A DNA stretch of 18,437 nt from Promethearchaeota archaeon (GTDB lineage: Archaea; Asgardarchaeota; Lokiarchaeia; Sigyniarchaeales; SOKP01): NCBI GenBank assembly GCA_019058015.1, contig JAHLWH010000080.1:1-18437 (forward strand), written 5' to 3'. Shown here piece after piece: positions 1 through 5,524 of this stretch. The translations under genes and the position numbers were made by a program. The stretch's first letter is position 1; each line of letters opens with the position of its first letter. The notes beneath the pieces were generated by a model. That model searched no databases and was not told the origin of the DNA. It worked only from the letters and a program-made list of their open reading frames with translations.

Positions 1-979
1 CTGCAACTTTCTCACCTTCTTCAACATCTGATCCACCAACAAAATAAACGGTTGGAGCATTTGGTTTTCGTGAAAACATAGCATCTTGGACCAATCTAGC
101 GACTCTATCAGCCGTAATGTTGCAAAAAGGAATAACAACATTAAACCCTGCATCATAGGCCATATTAATATCAAAAGGTGATGCATATTCATCAGTATCA
201 AAAAAATACAAAATACTTTCCGCCTTCACTTTTTTCTTTATCTTTATCGGGATTATTTCGAGAACAGATGTATTTACTAATTCTTTTACCGAAGAAATAT
301 CATCATGAAAATCTTTAGCAACTTTTTTGATATTTATTTGTTCAATGTCAATTCCAAGATCTTCTGCTAAAGTCGAAATGCCATCAAAATGCCTTTTGTC
401 ACAAATAAATAATGCCTTCAAGTGTTTTTTCTCCATTTTTTTTCCTAATTCAAGAATTCCCATCATCATCCAAGATTCGCGGATTTTATATCTTATCTCA
501 TCTTCCTGCTTATTATATTCTTCGCGTAAATGTTCTCTCCACATCATTAATTGTTGATAATGTGGATCATTTGGATGAACTCCGCCTTTTTCTTTTAATT
601 CCCTAATCTCCGAAGTAAATTTCTCTATAAGTTCTTTACTACCATTCAATCCCGAGGAGATATAATTTAGAGCATTCTCAGGGATGCCTATCATTTTGTA
701 GGGTATCTCATTTTTTCTGAATAAATCTACAAATTCATCCTCATAAAGCAGCTTATCATTTGACCTCATCCCTTTATCCTCTACTACAAAATCAGGATTG
801 TATTTCTTCACCAAATTTTCAGTAAATTCCATATATTCCTTAGAAACAAAAAATATATTTGCAGCAATGGCTTCTTCCCCTGTCGGCTCTTCCAACGACC
901 AATCTATTGGAAATTCACTCTCAACTAATACTAACTTAAGAGTCTTATTTTTTAAAGGTTTTAATTCTAAAGATTGCAT
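1..979 (-). CDS. mtdB: Fusion protein, copy 2 (3' end truncated by the window edge): uncharacterised N-terminal domain plus MtdB-like NAD(P)-dependent methylene-H4MPT dehydrogenase
   Basis: Absent from the ORF track because it runs off the edge. Manual translation from ATG at 979 is open to position 1: MQSLELKPLKNKTLKLVLVESEFPIDW...GGVHPND...RESWMMMGI...FICDKRHFDGI...ILYFFDTDEYASPFDINMAYDAGFNVVIP...VQDAMFSRKP. Colinear paralog of 2664..4346. SD-like AGAGGTAA at 990-997. Confidence 0.88.
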   Translation of the reverse strand, partial: MQSLELKPLKNKTLKLVLVESEFPIDWSLEEPTGEEAIAANIFFVSKEYMEFTENLVKKYNPDFVVEDKGMRSNDKLLYEDEFVDLFRKNEIPYKMIGIPENALNYISSGLNGSKELIEKFTSEIRELKEKGGVHPNDPHYQQLMMWREHLREEYNKQEDEIRYKIRESWMMMGILELGKKMEKKHLKALFICDKRHFDGISTLAEDLGIDIEQINIKKVAKDFHDDISSVKELVNTSVLEIIPIKIKKKVKAESILYFFDTDEYASPFDINMAYDAGFNVVIPFCNITADRVARLVQDAMFSRKPNAPTVYFVGGSDVEEGEKVA

Positions 980-1003
980 TTTTTAAAAATTACCTCTTAT
1001 TTT

Positions 1004-1702
1004 TTAATTAATTTGTGTCGAATGCTGTTCTATTTTTTTTAAAATTTTATTTACATTTATTACTTCAATATTTATTCCTAAATCATCTGCTAGAGATTTT
1101 ATTCCATCAAAATGTTTTTTATCACAGATAAATATTGCTTTTAAATGCTTTTTCTCAATCTTCCTTGCTAAATCAAGAATCCCCATCATCATCCAAGATT
1201 CACGGACTTCATATCTTATCTCATCTTCTTGATTAGAATATTCGCCCTGTAAATAATCCCTCCACACAACCAATTGCTGAAGATTAAAATCGTTAGGATG
1301 AAAACCACCCTTCTCTTTCAAATTCTCAATTTCTGCTCTAATCTCTTTTAGAAGTCCTACATTTCTATCAATCGTTGAAGCAAGATAACCTAAAGCATTC
1401 TCGGAAATATCAACCATTTTATATCGAATGTTATATTCTCTGAATAAATCTACTAAAGCATCATCATATTGTAAATCATCACTTGAGCGCATTCCTTTCT
1501 CTTCCACTATAAAATCTGGTTTGTGATTTTTTACTATATCTTCAATAAACTGCAAATATTTCTTAGACATAATAAATAATTTTGCAGCAATAGATTCTTC
1601 CTTTGAAGATGCTTCCAATGACCAATCTATTGGAAATTCACTCTCTACTAATAACAATTTAAGAGTCTTATTTTTTAATCTTTCTAATTCTAATACTTGC
1701 AT
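1004..1702 (-). CDS. Stand-alone A-domain protein (paralog of the N-terminal domain of the Mtd fusions; possible TraB/TIKI/ChaN-like fold)
   Basis: 232 aa aligning end to end with the first ~220 aa of 2664..4346 (ESEFPI, KPDFIVEE, GGFHPND, RESWMMMGI, FICDKKHFDGI). SD GGAGGT at 1712-1717. Confidence 0.85.
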   Translation of the reverse strand: MQVLELERLKNKTLKLLLVESEFPIDWSLEASSKEESIAAKLFIMSKKYLQFIEDIVKNHKPDFIVEEKGMRSSDDLQYDDALVDLFREYNIRYKMVDISENALGYLASTIDRNVGLLKEIRAEIENLKEKGGFHPNDFNLQQLVVWRDYLQGEYSNQEDEIRYEVRESWMMMGILDLARKIEKKHLKAIFICDKKHFDGIKSLADDLGINIEVINVNKILKKIEQHSTQIN

Positions 1703-1720
1703 TTTTTACTTACCTCCTGT

Positions 1721-2350
1721 TTAAGTTAAAATTAAAATTGAATTTTTTTTCATAATTTTGTTTGTCTCAAGATTAATAACCTTGATATTTTGAGATTCAA
1801 ATAACTTTTTCAATTCAGAAAACAATTCTTTACGGGTAAAATGAATAATACTAATCTCATCGTCATTAATCATCTTAATTATATCTAATACCTTTTTTAT
1901 GATCCATAAAGGTGTTAGCTTTAAATCTAAATGATTTTCTTTGTCTTTTACTTCACTTTTTAAGAGATGAATCCATGAGTTCAGATTTTGAGTCTTTAAT
2001 GACTCTTTCTCGGCGGGATCTGAACAGAGTTTCTCATATTCTCCTTGTAATTCCTCAATTTGTTCTTTTTTTTCTGAGATTTCATTTAATAAATAAATTT
2101 TAGCGTAGTCAGGGATATTAACATAATAATATGGTATCCCAAAATTATCAAAAAATTGTGCTAAAGGAGTCAGGTAAATCTTTTTTAAATCATCATCACT
2201 TAAATCAATCGTAGCAAAATTGAATTTTTGTTTTCTTAAGAGAACCAATAAATTTTCATGTTCTGCGTCAGATAATTCTTTATTATCCTTTTCTATTAGA
2301 TATAAAGAAATTTTTTTATCTTTTATCGGTTTTAATTCCAATACTTCCAT
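1721..2350 (-). CDS. B-type hypothetical protein, copy 2 (divergent paralog of the A domain, with a coiled-coil insert)
   Basis: Start moved to ATG at 2350 (MEVLELKP) to match paralog 4360..5019 (MEVLEIEP); GGGTA lies just upstream. Shared motifs: FATIDL, IPDYAK, KESLKTQNLNSWI. Confidence 0.8.
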   Translation of the reverse strand: MEVLELKPIKDKKISLYLIEKDNKELSDAEHENLLVLLRKQKFNFATIDLSDDDLKKIYLTPLAQFFDNFGIPYYYVNIPDYAKIYLLNEISEKKEQIEELQGEYEKLCSDPAEKESLKTQNLNSWIHLLKSEVKDKENHLDLKLTPLWIIKKVLDIIKMINDDEISIIHFTRKELFSELKKLFESQNIKVINLETNKIMKKNSILILT

Positions 2351-2457
2351 TTTTTTTACCCATTCCAAATTTTTATATATTCTGAAATTTTTTTTTACTA
2401 TTTAATTGATTTAAATGCAATAATTTAATTTATTTGATAAGAGGAATTTTAGACAAC

Positions 2458-2604
2458 TTGACTAATTAATTTATCAACTTAACCATTTTTTTTATCAAAA
2501 ATTAAAAAATCTTCTTTTTAAAACTAATTATAAAATAAATATGACAAAAAAAGTTTGATAAAATTGACAATTTAAATAATCAAGCAAACAATTTTTTTTA
2601 TCAT
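2458..2604. promoter_or_regulatory. Four copies of a putative operator palindrome TTGAYAA-N6-TTRTCAA, arranged as two tandem pairs
   Basis: 2458-2477 TTGACTA-attaat-TTATCAA; 2479-2498 TTAACCA-tttttt-TTATCAA; 2564-2583 TTGACAA-tttaaa-TAATCAA; 2585-2604 CAAACAA-tttttt-TTATCAT (weak). Starts are 21 bp apart within each pair. Confidence 0.65.
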
Positions 2605-2630
2605 TAATTAAAATATGCTTTCTATTAATT

Positions 2631-2651
2631 AAAAATAAAATAAAAAAAAAA
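2631..2651 (-). terminator. Oligo-T archaeal-type terminator candidate downstream of mtd copy 1
   Basis: A-rich run on the plus strand (A10 at 2642-2651), i.e. a T-tract on the minus strand starting 12 nt after the stop at 2664. Confidence 0.5.
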
Positions 2652-2663
2652 GTGAGTTTGAAT

Positions 2664-4346
2664 TTAGTGAGATATTACAATTTTTTTGCCAAATAATATT
2701 TCTTTTGCAATTTCAAAAGCAATGTTATAATCGAATATTTTCTTTCCTTTGGTTTTAGTAGCTTCTCTAAGAATAGAACCTTCAGTTGTCGATTTTAAAT
2801 GGCCTATTCCTAATGCCCCAATTCCAAAAATTCCGGGGTAAATTTCTTCATTATCATGTTTTGGTTTTATACCTTCAATTCCGTACGGCGGAACTAAATT
2901 AATGTCTATTACGATTTTATTTTTTGGTAATTTGCTCATCAATTCTTCTGATAAGATTTGAACTCCTGCAGCTGCTAAAGACCAGATTATATCAGCATCT
3001 TTTACTATTTCAAATTTTTTCTCATCCGTTATTGCGAATTCTCCAATGATTTCAGAAGCGTTTTTTCCTGCCTCTTTAGTTAATTCTTTTGCAAGCTGCT
3101 TTACAGCTTTTTCACTTCCCTTATCCCATGTCTCAACTAAAACTGTTTCACAATTTTGTTTTGCCGCAATTATTGCTGCAATTCGCCCGACAGGGCCAGT
3201 TCCTAATACGACCGCTTTTTTTCCTGAGATATTACTTATCCCGCTTTTCATTGCCGCTTCCAGAGTTTTCGCGACTATTGCCGAAGCCGTAGTGTGAGAT
3301 CCTCGTGGATCTATGATCACAGGGACTTCGAAAGGTGGTACTAAGGAACCCACGACTTTTTTCGCAATTTTTTCACCTTCCGCTACATTCGCCCCACCAA
3401 TGAAAAAACTGGTCGGAGCTTTTGGCTTTCGCGAGAATATCGCATCTTGCACAAGTCTTGGCACTTGTTCAACCTTTACATTACTAACGGGAATAACTAC
3501 ATCAAACCCCGCATCGTATGCCATATTAATATCAAAGGGAGACGCATGCTCATCTGTATCTAAAAAATACACAATTTTTTCTAGACTATCTTTTTTCTTT
3601 ATTTTAACGGGAGCAACTTCCATAATTGATACCTTTACAAATTCTTTTATCGTATTTGGCTTCTCTAAATCTCCAATATTTAAAATATTTTTCTTAACTT
3701 CAAATTTTTGAATTTCTACTCCTAGGTCATCTGTAAGGGTTGTAATACCATCAAAATGCCTTTTATCACAAATAAATAGACATTTTAATTTTTTCTCTTT
3801 TTGTTCTTTTGCCATATCAAGAATCCCCATCATCATCCAAGCTTCACGGATCTTATATCTTATTTCTTCCTCTTGATTTTCGTATTCCACCTGTAAATAT
3901 TCTCTCCACGTTATTAATTGCTGAAAATAATAATCATTGGGATGAAACCCTCCCTTTTCTTTAATCTTTATAATTTCTGCTTTAATTCCCTTTAAAAGTT
4001 CCACGTTTTTGTCTATTGTCGAAGCAAGATATCCAAGTGCGTTCTCATTGATATCAACCATCTTATAAGGTATTTTAAAATCTCTAAATAAATCAACAAA
4101 AGCATCATCATAATGTAATTTATCACTAGAACGCAATCCTTGTTCTTCAACTACAAAATTTGGTTTATGTTTCCGTAATATATTTTCAATAAGTTTTAGA
4201 TAATCTTTTGACATAAAACTGAAATTTAAAGATTGTTCAAGCTGCTCTTTTGTTGGCTCCAACCACCAACCAATTGGAAACTCACTTTCTATTAATATTA
4301 TTTCTAATTTTTTATTTTTTAAAGGGTTTATTTCTAACACTTGCAA
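2664..4346 (-). CDS. mtdB: Fusion protein, copy 1: uncharacterised ~220-aa A domain plus MtdB-like NAD(P)-dependent methylene-tetrahydromethanopterin dehydrogenase
   Basis: The C-terminal ~300 aa carry Mtd motifs SPFDINMAYDAGF, QDAIFSR, FFIGG, LVPPF, DPRGSHTTASA, Rossmann GTGPVG, AAAGVQ and DINLVPPYGIEG. TTG start, with SD GGAGGT (4355-4360) overlapping the upstream TAG stop. Confidence 0.9.
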   Translation of the reverse strand: MQVLEINPLKNKKLEIILIESEFPIGWWLEPTKEQLEQSLNFSFMSKDYLKLIENILRKHKPNFVVEEQGLRSSDKLHYDDAFVDLFRDFKIPYKMVDINENALGYLASTIDKNVELLKGIKAEIIKIKEKGGFHPNDYYFQQLITWREYLQVEYENQEEEIRYKIREAWMMMGILDMAKEQKEKKLKCLFICDKRHFDGITTLTDDLGVEIQKFEVKKNILNIGDLEKPNTIKEFVKVSIMEVAPVKIKKKDSLEKIVYFLDTDEHASPFDINMAYDAGFDVVIPVSNVKVEQVPRLVQDAIFSRKPKAPTSFFIGGANVAEGEKIAKKVVGSLVPPFEVPVIIDPRGSHTTASAIVAKTLEAAMKSGISNISGKKAVVLGTGPVGRIAAIIAAKQNCETVLVETWDKGSEKAVKQLAKELTKEAGKNASEIIGEFAITDEKKFEIVKDADIIWSLAAAGVQILSEELMSKLPKNKIVIDINLVPPYGIEGIKPKHDNEEIYPGIFGIGALGIGHLKSTTEGSILREATKTKGKKIFDYNIAFEIAKEILFGKKIVISH

Positions 4347-4359
4347 TTTTTTTTACCTC

Positions 4360-5019
4360 CTATTTTATGATTTGATTTGAAATTATTACTTTATTCTTAG
4401 CATCAAAAGTTCGATCTGAAACTCCAGTGCTAAAATTATTTATAATAACATTTATTTTGAGTTCTTGAAACAATTTTTGTAATTCAGGAACTAATTCTTC
4501 TGGACTAAAATGTAAAATAATTAAGGAATTTTTCTTATAAGTTCTTGCCCTGTCCAATATTTTTTTAACGATCCATTGAGGCTTAACTTTTAATTTTATA
4601 TATTGTTCTTTATCATTAACTTCCTCTTTTAATAAATCAATCCAAGATTTTAAATTTTGCCCCTTAAATGATTCTTTTCCAGAGGGATCATTGGATAAAC
4701 TTTCATATTCTGATTCTAATTCCTTAATTTGTTCTTTTTTATCGGATATTTCTCCCAATAAATAACCTTTTGCGTATTCGGGAATGTCAATACCGATAAA
4801 TTCGATTGAAAAATCTTCTAAAAATTTCGCTATGGGTGAATTATTTAATTGTTTTAAATTTTTACCCAATAAGTCAATAGTAGCAAAATCAAATGTATAA
4901 TTTTTTAAAAAGTTCTCGAAAATTTTTGCTTTTACGTGCGATATTTTATAATCTTCTTTCTCTATTATATAAAGAAAAATTTTTTTATTTTTTACCGGCT
5001 CGATTTCTAAAACTTCCAT
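4360..5019 (-). CDS. B-type hypothetical protein, copy 1
   Basis: 219 aa, colinear paralog of 1721..2350. Its stop codon overlaps the SD of the downstream mtd fusion (TAGGAGGT), suggesting translational coupling. Confidence 0.82.
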   Translation of the reverse strand: MEVLEIEPVKNKKIFLYIIEKEDYKISHVKAKIFENFLKNYTFDFATIDLLGKNLKQLNNSPIAKFLEDFSIEFIGIDIPEYAKGYLLGEISDKKEQIKELESEYESLSNDPSGKESFKGQNLKSWIDLLKEEVNDKEQYIKLKVKPQWIVKKILDRARTYKKNSLIILHFSPEELVPELQKLFQELKINVIINNFSTGVSDRTFDAKNKVIISNQIIK

Positions 5020-5107
5020 TTAGTCAAGGACCGTTTGTTTAATTATTTAATTATTTTTTATTTTTTATTTTACCCAGTAATTCACCTTAATAATAAATAA
5101 AAATAAT

Positions 5108-5180
5108 TTGATAAAAAGAGTTATCTCTATTTTAACAACTAATATTGTCAAAATATAGAATTGACAATTTCCATTATCAT
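5108..5180. promoter_or_regulatory. Three copies of the putative operator palindrome TTGAYAA-N6-TTRTCAA
   Basis: 5108-5127 TTGATAA-aaagag-TTATCTC; 5132-5151 TTAACAA-ctaata-TTGTCAA; 5161-5180 TTGACAA-tttcca-TTATCAT. Confidence 0.65.
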
Positions 5181-5394
5181 AAGTGATTTATCAACTTATC
5201 TTTATTTTAGCAAGTTATATCTAAAAAGAATTGAAATACATCTTTTTTTCTTTCATTTTTATGTGGTTTTAAAGAAAAAAATTGTCTTTTTAATAACTTG
5301 AATTTTCTTTTTTTTTTTTTAACTAATTTTATTTTCAGTTTTAAAATGAGAATAATTACATTTTGAAGATTTTTGATCAGTAAGATTTTTATTT

Positions 5395-5414
5395 TTGATA
5401 ACTTTATTTGTCAT
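5395..5414. promoter_or_regulatory. Putative operator palindrome upstream of the wHTH-hdrA gene
   Basis: TTGATAA-ctttat-TTGTCAT, ending 110 bp before the ATG at 5525. Confidence 0.6.
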
Positions 5415-5524
5415 AGTGAAAATCATAATTATTTTTTTTAATAATATTTATTTTCGGTTTTCGACAAAGAATTATAATTTTCCAGATAATGATTTGTAAA
5501 AATAATTAAAGGGAGATTAGAAAT

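Larger units (their letters stand above)
1..5019 (-). repeat. Diverged tandem duplication of an operon (B1 > A-Mtd1, then B2 > A > A-Mtd2)
   Basis: Three copies of the A domain share DNA blocks, e.g. caagaat(t/c)cccatcatcatccaag near 451, 1174 and 3818. There are also two B genes and two Mtd domains. Confidence 0.85.

Noticed and set aside
541-660. Possible frameshift in mtd copy 2 around A/T runs
   Set aside because: Codon-by-codon translation stays in frame (EIRELKEKGGVHPND). The gene is missing from the ORF track only because it is cut by the window edge.
2406-2420. FNR-, Rex- or Fur-type boxes
   Set aside because: The half-sites resemble TTGAT, but the spacing does not match TTGAT-N4-ATCAA or the other consensus sequences, and no such regulator is encoded in the window.
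2400-2610. Repeated motifs read as a CRISPR or mini-array
   Set aside because: The repeats are degenerate 20-bp palindromes with irregular spacing, no unique 30-40 bp spacers and no cas genes. They fit operator sites better.
327-3711. Short plus-strand ORFs (327, 412, 798, 1912, 2220, 3046, 3089, 3313)
   Set aside because: They are antisense shadows of well-supported minus-strand genes and show no recognisable motifs.
5144-5168. Perfect inverted repeat ATTGTCAA-N9-TTGACAAT as a separate hairpin or operator
   Set aside because: It is explained by the facing half-sites of two neighbouring N6 palindromes (5132-5151 and 5161-5180).
5308-5320. T13 homopolymer as a phase-variation tract
   Set aside because: It is intergenic in a very AT-rich region, and a single sequence gives no evidence of length variation.
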